In this document: positions 10,899-20,544 of the stretch, piece after piece | Numbering within the stretch: position 1 is the first letter of the stretch | Layout: the number at the start of each line of letters is the position of its first letter | Assembly (NCBI GenBank): GCA_020632515.1 | Contig: JACKFK010000005.1 | Span: 93,327-157,326, forward strand | From: Candidatus Omnitrophota bacterium | GTDB lineage: Bacteria > Omnitrophota > Gorgyraeia > Zapsychrales > Zapsychraceae | Length of the DNA: 64,000 nt | Direction: 5' to 3' | Program-made: the position numbers and the translations under genes | Notes under the pieces: generated by a model | The model's database searches: none | What the model saw: only the letters and a program-made list of their open reading frames with translations | What the model was told of the DNA's origin: nothing

Positions 10899-12401
10899 TC
10901 ACACTTTCTCAGGGTTATGTTCTATAGGGAGTGTAAAGTTAAAAGTGGAGCCTTTGTTAATTTCACTTGTGATCCAAATTTTTCCTCGATGGGCCTCAAC
11001 GATTTTTTTTACTAAAGCCAAGCCGAGGCCTGTTCCTTTAACGTTTTGGTTTATTTTGTTTTCTACTCGAAAAAATTCATCGAATAAACGGTCAATATCA
11101 TTTTTTTCAATACCGATGCCAGTATCTGAAACAGAAAAATTTACATGATTGTCTTCCAAAAGAGCTTCCACGCTTATTGTTCCATTTTCCGGGGTGAACT
11201 TGATAGCGTTGCTGATGAGGTTTATAAAAACTCTATCGACTTGACTTGAATCCAAATGCATTTCCGGTATGTCCGCAGACACTTTTGCGACCCAATTGAT
11301 TTTTTTATCTTTCATTTGAGGGGTCAATAGATCGGCAACATTATCGATGATTTTTTTAATGTTACATGTTGCGATATTCATTTCTGCTTTGCCAGATTCA
11401 ATCCGGGAAATATCTAAAAGATCATTAATCAGATTAACGAGATTGTCTGAATGGGTATTGATCTTTTGAAGTCTTTCTTTAACTGATAAAGGGATTTCTC
11501 CCAGCTTACCACTCATGAGAATAGCCGCATATCCTTTTATCGATGTCAGCGGAGTTCTTAACTCGTGGGAAACGGAAGAAATAAACTCAGACTTTGTTTT
11601 GCTGATATTTTGAACTTCCGTAAGAGCCTTTTCAAGCTGTTGAGTTCGTTCTTGTACTTTTTTTTCTAATTGTTGGCTGGAGCGGTAAACTTGTTCAAAC
11701 AGCCGAGCGTTTTCTAACGATTGACCAATTTGATTCGCGAGAACAGATATTAATTCTTCATCCCCTTCGGTAATAGGAGACGCGTTTGACTTATTGCCGA
11801 CAAAATATAGTCCAACCACGCTTGTTTGGCTAAGAATAGGTGATATGATGAAGTGGTTTACATGAAACAATTCATTAAGCGCGGTTTTTTTAATTCGAGC
11901 TGCGTTAATAGAAGTAATGCTTTTTCCGTTTTTAAGTGAATCCATAAGAGACAAATCTTTTTGAAGATTTGTTAGAATTAAAGTAACTTCATCGGGTGTA
12001 AAACCTAAAGAAATTTTTTTATTTAGTTCACCGGTTTCATGAGTCAGTAATATAAGGGTTTTTTCATAATTCACATTGGTTTTTAAGGTGTTTTCGAGAC
12101 GAAGAAACAGTTCATTTTCTTCTAAGGTTGTGCTAATCAACCGAGAGATTTTTTGAAGATTATCTAAGTCATGCAATCTTTTTTCAGATTCTTCCTGCGC
12201 TTTATTAAGTTCTAAATCTGTTTTTACAATGAGCTTTGCTTGTTCGTCTAAATCATTAAAGGAGTTTCTTAGTTTAATGAAAGAATTTTGAAGTGATGTG
12301 ATTTGTTCAGATTTAGCTATTAGAAAATAAGCTAAAACAAATAATATTATTACAGCGCTTGTGGAGATTATAAAGAAAAGGCTGATAGGAACATTTATCA
12401 T
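10899..12401 (-). CDS. Sensor histidine kinase (N-terminal TM, coiled coil, GAF-like region, HisKA, HATPase_c)
   Basis: H-box SHELRTPLTSIKGY. N, G1 and G2 boxes (NLISNAIKFT, DTGIGI, GTGLGLALV). One N-terminal hydrophobic helix. Confidence 0.9.
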   Translation of the reverse strand: MINVPISLFFIISTSAVIILFVLAYFLIAKSEQITSLQNSFIKLRNSFNDLDEQAKLIVKTDLELNKAQEESEKRLHDLDNLQKISRLISTTLEENELFLRLENTLKTNVNYEKTLILLTHETGELNKKISLGFTPDEVTLILTNLQKDLSLMDSLKNGKSITSINAARIKKTALNELFHVNHFIISPILSQTSVVGLYFVGNKSNASPITEGDEELISVLANQIGQSLENARLFEQVYRSSQQLEKKVQERTQQLEKALTEVQNISKTKSEFISSVSHELRTPLTSIKGYAAILMSGKLGEIPLSVKERLQKINTHSDNLVNLINDLLDISRIESGKAEMNIATCNIKKIIDNVADLLTPQMKDKKINWVAKVSADIPEMHLDSSQVDRVFINLISNAIKFTPENGTISVEALLEDNHVNFSVSDTGIGIEKNDIDRLFDEFFRVENKINQNVKGTGLGLALVKKIVEAHRGKIWITSEINKGSTFNFTLPIEHNPEKV

Positions 12402-13589
12402 TTAACAGATTCCTGTTATGACGATGCTTTCATTAAGTAAATAAGACTTGCGGATTTTTTCTACTGTTTGAAATGGAGCGATTTCTCCATTGGTATATAT
12501 TCCAAAAATAGGAACGGAAGCGCCAAAAATATTTCTGATTTCGAGAATTTCTTGGTAAGCCATACGTCCTAACAGTTTTAATCGGGCCATAGATTCAATA
12601 ATAAAAACAAGTTTGATGTCTTGACCATTTAAGGCGTCTTGCACTTCTTGAGCAGCTCGAATAGCAGCTTGTCTACAAAAATCTTTGTTGCCAATCATAA
12701 TATGTGCTTCAGCGCCCTGAGGAACATCCCCTTGACAAACTATACTGCCGTCATCAAGAAAATCAACAGCGTTTCTTAATAAATATTCATTGCTTCCTTC
12801 GACATAAATACCCAATGGATATAAGATTTCCATCATGCCTAAATTATGTTTTCTAAAATTTTCTACTTCTTCGCCAAAATATTCTGTATATAAGTGAGCA
12901 GCAGGCTTGTTGTCGATAATGTTTATGACATTCCCTGTCGATTTATTGATTATTCTTGGTTTTCCTAAAGGTTTCCATCCGTGATAAGAACATACACCCG
13001 TAACAGAATGCCCCCCTAAAACGACTCCTGCAGCTGCTTGACGAAGAACTTGGTCTTTATAAAAAAGGAAAGTGTTTTTAAAATGAAAATCATCACAATT
13101 TCCCCCGCCTATAATAGGAAACGCGTTTCCTAAAGACGCCTGCATGCCTTTTAAAAAGGTTGAAGTATTTTTTAATAATCCATCGATAAAAAATAAGAAT
13201 AAATGTCTATTATATTGACCATAATTTTCAAGACAATTGCGAGCAAATCTGTTTCCCGAATCCATTATATCATTTTGATCAATATTATTAATAACCCCTG
13301 CACCTATTTTTAAATCATCTGAAGTGATTAGAAGCAGGGATAAACCAGATGTTTTAATATTGTCGGAAAGGATAAGGCCGGCCGTTGAACACCCGATTAG
13401 ATTGCATTGATTAAGAATTTTTTGAAGAGGAGGGAGTACTAGTTTTGGATTATAATGGGCTGTAACAAAAACGAGAGCAATGTCAACACGCTCATGGTTT
13501 AACTGCGATGTCGCCATATTGCAAGCTTCTTTGCAAGCTGTTAAAGGGTCTAGATTATCGCTAAAGCCAATACTAATATATGTTGCCAT
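12402..13589 (-). CDS. FIST-domain signal-sensing protein (FIST_N + FIST_C)
   Basis: 395 aa. The N-terminal pattern (..DIALVFVTAHYNP..LIGCSTAGLI..) and the C-terminal pattern (..IFGIYTNGEIAP) are as in FIST proteins. Its stop codon directly abuts the kinase start codon. Confidence 0.8.
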   Translation of the reverse strand: MATYISIGFSDNLDPLTACKEACNMATSQLNHERVDIALVFVTAHYNPKLVLPPLQKILNQCNLIGCSTAGLILSDNIKTSGLSLLLITSDDLKIGAGVINNIDQNDIMDSGNRFARNCLENYGQYNRHLFLFFIDGLLKNTSTFLKGMQASLGNAFPIIGGGNCDDFHFKNTFLFYKDQVLRQAAAGVVLGGHSVTGVCSYHGWKPLGKPRIINKSTGNVINIIDNKPAAHLYTEYFGEEVENFRKHNLGMMEILYPLGIYVEGSNEYLLRNAVDFLDDGSIVCQGDVPQGAEAHIMIGNKDFCRQAAIRAAQEVQDALNGQDIKLVFIIESMARLKLLGRMAYQEILEIRNIFGASVPIFGIYTNGEIAPFQTVEKIRKSYLLNESIVITGIC

Positions 13590-13809
13590 AATAAATTAAA
13601 AATTTAAATTTTAAGGATGACGGAAAATTAAAGATTAATTAGAGTATACTATAGATTCTTTTTTCTAGAAAAGAATTATTAACAAAATAACATTATTTTA
13701 AGATATTTATTAATAATTTTAGTGCGAGGGTAATATATTCATTGAAATGAAAAGATGGTTTTGTTAGTATGCCTTTTAGATTTATAATCCACTAAAGAAA
13801 AGGGTTTTT

Positions 13810-15099
13810 ATGAAATTTTATACGGATCTTCATTTACACTCCCATTATTCCCGTGCAACCAGTAAGAATTTGAATTTAGAATATTTATCGCTTTGGGCTC
13901 AACTAAAAGGTATTCAGGTCATTGGAACAGGAGATTTTACGCATCCTGGATGGATGAAAGAGTTGAAAGAAAAATTAGAGCCGGCAGAGGAAGAAGGTCT
14001 TTTTAAATTAAAGAAAAAATATGATACCGTAGCCCAGACAGAAACCCCAAAGGCATGTCAGGGGTCTGTTCGGTTTATGTTAACTTGTGAAATATCTAAT
14101 ATCTATAAACGTTTAGATAAGGTCCGTAAAGTGCATAATGTTGTTTTTGCTCCAAGTTTTTCAGCTGCGGAGAAAATTCAGCGGCAATTAGGCGATATTG
14201 GCAATATTTCTTCAGATGGAAGACCTATTTTAGGATTGGATTCGCGGGATTTGTTAGAAATCACTTTAAACTCGGATCCGTTGAGTTATTTAATTCCCGC
14301 ACATATTTGGACCCCTTGGTTTTCAGCAATGGGTTCTAAAAGTGGCTTTGACCGGATGGAAGATTGTTTCGCGGATTTGACAAAATACATTTTTGCTATT
14401 GAGACTGGGCTCTCTTCTGATCCCCCAATGAACTGGAGATTAAGTCAATTAGATCCTTATGCGTTGGTTTCTAATGGAGATGCGCATTCTCCTGCGAAAT
14501 TAGGACGGGAAGCAACAATTTATGATACACAGATGACGTATCGTCATATTTATTCAGCTTTGAAGAATTTGGATGATAAAGGGTTAATTGGAACTGTTGA
14601 ATTTTTTCCTGATGAAGGAAAATATCATTATGATGGATGCCGTAATTGTCAGATGCGTTTGCATCCACGAGAAACTATTTCCTTAAAAGGAAAGTGCCCC
14701 AAGTGCGGCAAGGCCATCACTGTTGGGGTTATGGCCAGGGTTGAAGAATTAGCTGACCATAAAGAAGGACGGAAGTCACCACGATGGCGGCCATTTTATA
14801 GTATGATTCCATTGCCAGAAATAATTGCCGATGCCAAAGGTGTTGGTTCAGCCTCTAAGGGGGTAAATCAGATTTATTTAAATATGCTTAATAATATCGG
14901 AAATGAATTTTATATTCTTATGGATGCTTCGATAGAGGAGATTGAAAAAAAAGCGGGAACCCTTATTGCTGAGGGGATTAGAAGAGTGCGAAGCGGAAAC
15001 GCTCAAATAGCACCAGGATACGACGGAGAATTTGGTAAAATTAATATTTATACGGATGAAGAACGCAAAACCTCTAAAGAACAGTTGGTATTATTCTAG
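13810..15099 (+). CDS. Endonuclease Q-like PHP-domain nuclease with Zn-ribbon (COG1379/TIGR00375 type)
   Basis: DLHLHSHYSRATS PHP start. GTGDFTHP, LTCEIS, SDGRPILGL, PAHIWTPW and SNGDAHSP..LGRE blocks. GKYHYDGCRNC...CPKCGK Zn ribbon. C-terminal PGYDGEFGKI. Collinear with archaeal EndoQ as I remember it. Confidence 0.8.
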   Translation: MKFYTDLHLHSHYSRATSKNLNLEYLSLWAQLKGIQVIGTGDFTHPGWMKELKEKLEPAEEEGLFKLKKKYDTVAQTETPKACQGSVRFMLTCEISNIYKRLDKVRKVHNVVFAPSFSAAEKIQRQLGDIGNISSDGRPILGLDSRDLLEITLNSDPLSYLIPAHIWTPWFSAMGSKSGFDRMEDCFADLTKYIFAIETGLSSDPPMNWRLSQLDPYALVSNGDAHSPAKLGREATIYDTQMTYRHIYSALKNLDDKGLIGTVEFFPDEGKYHYDGCRNCQMRLHPRETISLKGKCPKCGKAITVGVMARVEELADHKEGRKSPRWRPFYSMIPLPEIIADAKGVGSASKGVNQIYLNMLNNIGNEFYILMDASIEEIEKKAGTLIAEGIRRVRSGNAQIAPGYDGEFGKINIYTDEERKTSKEQLVLF

Positions 15100-15139
15100 A
15101 AAACATGAGACGTGAAGTTGTTTAAAAAAAGATTTTAAT

Positions 15140-16669
15140 ATGGACGATCGTCCTAAAGATTTAAATCCTTCCCAGTGGAATGTTGTAAAAAATCAAAGTC
15201 AAAATCTACTCATCGTTGCTGGTCCTGGCACTGGAAAAACTCACACCATAACTTATCGTATAGCCCATCTTTGTGATTCTTTAAATAGTAAAAATAAAAT
15301 ACTTGCCATTACGTTCACCAATAAAGCGGCACAAGAAATGCGGGAACGGTTAAGGATAAGAATTGGCCAATTTATAGAAAAAATATATATCGGAACATTT
15401 CATAGCTTTTGCTTAGAGTTGTTACAGCATTATGGTGATAGAGCTGATATTCCTCAAGGATTTCGCTTAGCTGTCGAAGAAGAGATTATGTTATCGACGG
15501 AAATATTATGGCCGAAATTAAAAAAGAAGGAAAGAATGCAAAAGATTGGAGAAATATCTAAGTTGAAGAATAATATGATTCAAGCAAATGTTTCCAGAGA
15601 TGTTCAACAATATAACCGTTGGTTAAGAGATAATGGGTTGCTGGATTTTGATGATTTGATTTTGGAATCGGTGAATCTTTTAAAAAAAGATCATATGATT
15701 CTTCAGGAGGTCCGCAATGTTTATAAATTTGTTTTTGTCGATGAATATCAAGACATTAATCATATTCAGCATGAATTTCTTAAATTGATTATAGGGGAGC
15801 AAGGAAGTTTGACAGCCATTGGTGATCCGAATCAGGCTATATACGGATTTAGAGGAGGCGACGTTGGGTTCTTTGACAGCTTTAAAAAAGACTTTCTTTT
15901 CGGAGAGGTTCTTTCGTTGGAAGATAATTATCGTTCAGCTCAAAATTTATTGACAGCAGCAACACAGATTATAAGTAAAAATAAAAGTTCATTTTTTACC
16001 CCGCTTACCGCCAACATTTATTCGCAAGGCCGGCTTGTTATTCATCAGACAGCAACAGAAAAAGGAGAGGCAGAATATGTTGTCCATCAAATTGAAAAAA
16101 TTGTTGGTGGAACAAGTATGTTCTCCCAAGACTCAGGGAGGGTTGATTCAGAAGATGGGGCTGTGCATGGATTCGGGGAAATTGCAGTTTTATTCCGGCT
16201 AAATTCTCAATGTGTAGAACTTAAGAAGGCTTTTGACCGAAGCGGGATTCCTTATCAAATAACGCAGAAAAAGAATAAGGAAAATGAGGAGGATGTTTGT
16301 CCGACGAGATACGAAGATGTTTATTTGAATTCAGAAAAAGTTTCATTGATGACGTTGCATGCTGCAAAGGGATTGGAGTTTCCTGTGATTTTTATCATTG
16401 GATGTGAAGAGCGTATTTTGCCATTAAATTTACCAGGTTTGGAGGCTGATTTACAGGAGGAGCGGAGGTTGTTTTATGTCGGAATGACTAGAGCAAAGCA
16501 TCGGTTGTATTTGGTTTGCGCGAAAAAAAGAAGGATGTTCGGCCAAACCTATCAGAATAGCATTTCTAGATTTGTGGAAGATATTGAAAAAGATTTGCGG
16601 GAGTATGAAAAAATTCAAATAAAAGAGAAGAAAAAGAAAAAAGAGGAAGATCAATTTAAATTATTTTGA
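15140..16669 (+). CDS. Compact UvrD/Rep/PcrA-family SF1 helicase
   Basis: Motifs I (AGPGTGKTHT), Ia (TFTNKAAQEM), II (VDEYQD), III (GDPNQAIYGFRG), IV (NYRS), V (TLHAAKGLEF) and VI (LFYVGMTRAK). At 509 aa it is shorter than canonical UvrD. Confidence 0.85.
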   Translation: MDDRPKDLNPSQWNVVKNQSQNLLIVAGPGTGKTHTITYRIAHLCDSLNSKNKILAITFTNKAAQEMRERLRIRIGQFIEKIYIGTFHSFCLELLQHYGDRADIPQGFRLAVEEEIMLSTEILWPKLKKKERMQKIGEISKLKNNMIQANVSRDVQQYNRWLRDNGLLDFDDLILESVNLLKKDHMILQEVRNVYKFVFVDEYQDINHIQHEFLKLIIGEQGSLTAIGDPNQAIYGFRGGDVGFFDSFKKDFLFGEVLSLEDNYRSAQNLLTAATQIISKNKSSFFTPLTANIYSQGRLVIHQTATEKGEAEYVVHQIEKIVGGTSMFSQDSGRVDSEDGAVHGFGEIAVLFRLNSQCVELKKAFDRSGIPYQITQKKNKENEEDVCPTRYEDVYLNSEKVSLMTLHAAKGLEFPVIFIIGCEERILPLNLPGLEADLQEERRLFYVGMTRAKHRLYLVCAKKRRMFGQTYQNSISRFVEDIEKDLREYEKIQIKEKKKKKEEDQFKLF

Positions 16670-17050
16670 GGATTCGTCTGTATATTTTTTGGGAATGTTA
16701 CTTAAAGCTTTACATATATGATCAAATCCTATAGAAGTATCAATTAATTCGTCTACTTTTGATAAACGTATCCTTTGGGCGTCAATTGTTTCAAGATGGT
16801 CCGTCATAATAACAATTTTTGGCAAAAATACACTTCGGCTTTTAATTTTTTTACATAGATCAAAGGCGTCAGTGCCTAAAAGCAAAGCATCAATAAAAAC
16901 AATGTCGGGTTGAATGCTTTTTGCCAGCATAAGGGCATGTTCCTCGTCAATAGCTGTTGAGACATCTTCATAGCCTCCCTTTAAAAGAGCCGAGACTATT
17001 TTTTCTTTATCTGAAAGTTTGTCTTCTATTATTAAGATTTTTTCTTTCAT
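16661..17050 (-). CDS. Stand-alone response-regulator receiver (REC) domain protein
   Basis: 129 aa. KILIIEDKLSD .. DIVFIDALL .. IVIMTD pattern of a CheY-like fold. Its 3' end overlaps the helicase 3' end by 9 nt (convergent). Confidence 0.7.
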   Translation of the reverse strand: MKEKILIIEDKLSDKEKIVSALLKGGYEDVSTAIDEEHALMLAKSIQPDIVFIDALLLGTDAFDLCKKIKSRSVFLPKIVIMTDHLETIDAQRIRLSKVDELIDTSIGFDHICKALSNIPKKYTDESSK

Positions 17051-17073
17051 TAGCAGGGTTTTTATTTTTAATT

Positions 17074-17868
17074 TTATAAAATCGCGGCAATGATTGTTAA
17101 TATGCCGAATAAAAGAACAAATAATCCGAAATTGATTTTTTCTGCGATTTTTAAAAGAATATGAATTGTGGCTAACCCGAAGATGAATGAAAAGAATAAA
17201 CCGTAGAGGTTTGTTAAAGACCAGTTCATGTCGTGAAGGTTAAGAATAATATTCCCGGCTAGTACGATAGGTAAACTCATTAAGAAGCTTAGTTTTAGCG
17301 TAGTAGCCTTATCAAATTTTCTTAAGAGTAAAGCCGAAACAGTAAGGCCTGAACGGGATAGTCCTGGAAAGGCGGCAAATCCTTGGACGATACCGAGAAT
17401 AATTCCATCAACAAGTTTTAGATTTACGATTTTTTTATAACCACCTTTTTTTGCGCGTAATTCTAAGAACGCAGTCCCTAATAAGAAAAGTCCGACAATA
17501 AATGTTAAAACTTTGCCGGAATGTTCTGTTTGTAGATCGACTCTTTCCAGAAGTTTGATGAAAGAAAATCCTAGCAGACCACTGATTAAAGTTGATAGTG
17601 TCAGGAAATTAATAAGTTGTTTTAATTCTGACGGCTGCGAAGAATATGAAAAAAGGGTTTTGAATAGTTGTTTGACATCGCCCCAAAAATAAATAAGGGC
17701 GGCCAAAAATGTTCCGAAATGTAAAAATAATGCGAGTTTTATTGTCGATTCTAGGTCTTGATGTGAATGGAAAATATTGGTTTTAGTTAAAACAATAAGG
17801 CCTTCAGAACTGACTGGAAGCCATTCGGCAATGCCCTGAATTATGCCTAAAATAATATTTTCAATCAT
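17074..17868 (-). CDS. uppP: Undecaprenyl-diphosphate phosphatase
   Basis: 264 aa polytopic membrane protein with GIIQGIAEWLPVSSEG and GLSRSG motifs of the BacA/UppP family. Confidence 0.9.
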   Translation of the reverse strand: MIENIILGIIQGIAEWLPVSSEGLIVLTKTNIFHSHQDLESTIKLALFLHFGTFLAALIYFWGDVKQLFKTLFSYSSQPSELKQLINFLTLSTLISGLLGFSFIKLLERVDLQTEHSGKVLTFIVGLFLLGTAFLELRAKKGGYKKIVNLKLVDGIILGIVQGFAAFPGLSRSGLTVSALLLRKFDKATTLKLSFLMSLPIVLAGNIILNLHDMNWSLTNLYGLFFSFIFGLATIHILLKIAEKINFGLFVLLFGILTIIAAIL

Positions 17869-18124
17869 AATAATAAATCTTTGTATAGATTAACAATAAT
17901 TGACTTCGGAGATGCTATAAAAATGCATTTTTTACTTTAGAAGTTCAGTATACTATGGAATCTAAAAATTGTAACAAGTTTAGTTGAAAAAGCAATATAT
18001 AAATATTAGGGAAAAATGTTTAAATTGTTTAATTTTGGAAAATATTATAATCTTGAGTCTCTTTTTAATTTAAGTTACAATAATTTCTTTAAAATAAATA
18101 TAAATAATTATTTTAGGAGTTTAT

Positions 18125-18592
18125 ATGAAAAAAATCTTTTTTTTGTTAATTTTTTTGTCTCTATTTACGCCTGTTTCGGCTAATGAGTCAATCCCAGCAG
18201 ATAAAGCGGCTGAAAGAGAAAGGGTAGATAAAAATAAGGACAATGAATCAGACGTGCTGTCTAAAAAGAAAGAATTAACTAACATAGATTTGATTTATGT
18301 GGGGATGACAATGGATGAAGTGGAAAAGGTTATGGGGAATACTCTAACCGTCGGCTATAAAAACGGAATTAATGATCACGAGGGAGGTTTTGTTCCGATT
18401 AATTTGGAGAATCCGCATCGCAAGGAAATTATTACGAAGCAAGATAAAGATTATACAGTATATTATTATTATACCCATATTAAACGGGGAGATGGATTAA
18501 TTGCTGAGGAAGAATTAACCCCGATAGTATTTGAAGATGGAAAAGTCAAGTCTAAGGGATGGGATGCTTTATTTAAGATTAAAAATCTTTAG
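18125..18592 (+). CDS. Secreted DUF3192/BamE-like small protein
   Basis: Signal peptide MKKIFFLLIFLSLFTPVSA|N. The C-terminal pattern ..VGMTMDEVEKVMG..YYYYT..GDGLIAEEELTPIVFEDGKV..GW resembles DUF3192 as I remember it. Confidence 0.5.
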   Translation: MKKIFFLLIFLSLFTPVSANESIPADKAAERERVDKNKDNESDVLSKKKELTNIDLIYVGMTMDEVEKVMGNTLTVGYKNGINDHEGGFVPINLENPHRKEIITKQDKDYTVYYYYTHIKRGDGLIAEEELTPIVFEDGKVKSKGWDALFKIKNL

Positions 18593-18620
18593 CGAAATTT
18601 TTAAAAGAAAATACTAATTT

Positions 18621-19595
18621 ATGGGATCCGCGTTTTGTTCTTTAATACCGTTATTTGATTATTATCAGCAGCCGCATCCGATTGCATGGTCCTCGGAGTT
18701 TTCGAATCAAGGGGCTTTATATGTTGAAATTGGGTTTGGTTTAGGAGAAGTTTTAATAAAATCAGCTTTAGAAAATCCTGATTGCAATTATATTGGACTG
18801 GAACAAAATTGGGAACGGATTTATAAAACGTTAAAAGTCATTACGGAATATAATCAGGAAACGGTATTGGAAAATATTCGGATTTTGCGGATGGATGCAC
18901 GATTAGCATTTATCCGTCTTTTCAGGGAAAAAAGCATTAAACACATTTATAGTTTGTTTCCTTGCCCGTGGCCTAAGAAATCGCATACGAAAAACAGGTT
19001 GTTCACAAATGAATTTTTAAAATTGCTGAATAGTCGGTTAGTTGATTCAGGAGAATTAAAAGTTGTTACAGATTATTATCCGTATGTTGAATGGATGAAA
19101 GAACAATGGACGGATACAGGTTTTCATGTTTATATTGAAGAAGTTTCTCCTCGATTTAATACTAAATTTGAAAAAAAATGGAGGGGCGAAGGCCAGGAAG
19201 TTTTTTATGAAATTCAATTTACTAAACGAGATCATGTTAATATCTCCGAGCCAAAGGATGTTGTGTTGAAATCTTATACTTTGAAACAATTTAATCCTGA
19301 TTTATTAAAACTTCCAGCAAGCATCACAGAAGAAATGATTTTTTCTGATAAAAAAGAAAAAGTGACAGTTGTTTTTAAGGAGAAAGTTTTTGATCCGCTT
19401 AAACAACTTTGTATAATAGAAACTTTGGTTGCAGAACAAAATTTAACACAGCCTTTTCGCATAGTTTTAAAAAAGCGAAAAGAGGATTGGTGTTTATGTA
19501 AGGCTGATAATCAAGTTTTTTTGCCGACGCCTGGGATTATGAAAACTCTTCAGATTGTCGCAGATCTTGCCAAGGGAAAATCGAGTAATAAATAA
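18621..19595 (+). CDS. trmB: tRNA (guanine46-N7)-methyltransferase with a roughly 100-aa C-terminal extension
   Basis: EIGFGLGE SAM motif, YIGLE, LFPCPWPKKSHTKNRL block. At 324 aa it is longer than typical TrmB. Confidence 0.8.
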   Translation: MGSAFCSLIPLFDYYQQPHPIAWSSEFSNQGALYVEIGFGLGEVLIKSALENPDCNYIGLEQNWERIYKTLKVITEYNQETVLENIRILRMDARLAFIRLFREKSIKHIYSLFPCPWPKKSHTKNRLFTNEFLKLLNSRLVDSGELKVVTDYYPYVEWMKEQWTDTGFHVYIEEVSPRFNTKFEKKWRGEGQEVFYEIQFTKRDHVNISEPKDVVLKSYTLKQFNPDLLKLPASITEEMIFSDKKEKVTVVFKEKVFDPLKQLCIIETLVAEQNLTQPFRIVLKKRKEDWCLCKADNQVFLPTPGIMKTLQIVADLAKGKSSNK

Positions 19596-19610
19596 CAAGA
19601 AAAATCAAAC

Positions 19611-20447
19611 ATGATGGTTAGAAAATCTTTTCAAATATTTTTGGTAATTGTTTTTACTTTTTTGAGTTTCTTGTCGCTGTGCGGAGTTGTTGGAGATGTT
19701 GAAAGCGCGGGATATAATGTTTCTTGTAAATCGGTTATTTTTTCTGACAGCACGAAAGTTAAACGGCTTTATGGAAAGAGTGTTCACAATCGTGTCTTAC
19801 CTGCCAGTACGACTAAAGTAATGACAGCGCTTTTAGTTTTGGAAAAACTGCCGTTAGATAAATATATTACGGTTAGCCATAAAGCTTCCTTGGCACAGCC
19901 TTCAAAAATAAATGCTAAGCAGGGAGAGCAATATAAAGTGCGAGATCTTTTATACGCGATCCTTTTAAAATCGGCAAATGATGCCAGTATTGTTTTGGCT
20001 GAAGCTGTCGCCGGATCAGAATGGAAGTTTGTTGAAATGATGAATCAACGCGCGAAGAAGATGGGGGCTAAACATACAAAATTTGCTAATTCTAACGGAC
20101 TTCCGACAAGAAAAACAAAACAATATACAACGGCTTATGATATGTATTTAATATTTCGACAAGCTCTCAAACATCAGTTTTTTCGAGATACTATAAAAAT
20201 GAAATATAAGACAATTTATAGTAAAGCTGGTCGGAAAATTGCTTTAAAATCACATAACAAGATTTTATTTAAAGACTGGAAACGTAAGATTTATGGCAAA
20301 ACAGGTTATACAAGAGCTGCGCAGGCTTGTTTTGTAGGTACTATTCCTAAAGGGAATAGTACTTTAATTATCGCCGTATTTGGATGTACTAAACGATGGG
20401 ATGATATTAAGCATGTTGTATCAAAGTATGGTGGGATTTCATTATAA
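19611..20447 (+). CDS. D-alanyl-D-alanine carboxypeptidase (peptidase S11, PBP5-like)
   Basis: Signal/TM N-terminus, then SxxK (ASTTK), SxN (SAND) and KTG (KTGYT) motifs. Confidence 0.85.
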   Translation: MMVRKSFQIFLVIVFTFLSFLSLCGVVGDVESAGYNVSCKSVIFSDSTKVKRLYGKSVHNRVLPASTTKVMTALLVLEKLPLDKYITVSHKASLAQPSKINAKQGEQYKVRDLLYAILLKSANDASIVLAEAVAGSEWKFVEMMNQRAKKMGAKHTKFANSNGLPTRKTKQYTTAYDMYLIFRQALKHQFFRDTIKMKYKTIYSKAGRKIALKSHNKILFKDWKRKIYGKTGYTRAAQACFVGTIPKGNSTLIIAVFGCTKRWDDIKHVVSKYGGISL

Positions 20448-20544
20448 TTATTTTATAGCTGTGCTATAATGGCGTTTGTTGTAGTGCCGATGATGAGCAG
20501 TACTAATTATGAAAATTTATAGATACTAATGAAAGGACTAATTT

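Noticed and set aside
13640-13690. Near-palindrome ATTCTTTTTTCTAGAAAAGAAT in the divergent promoter region between the FIST operon and the EndoQ gene.
   Set aside because: The arms are imperfect (two extra T) and the region is extremely AT-rich, where such palindromes arise easily. It may be an operator, but the evidence is too weak to report as a feature.
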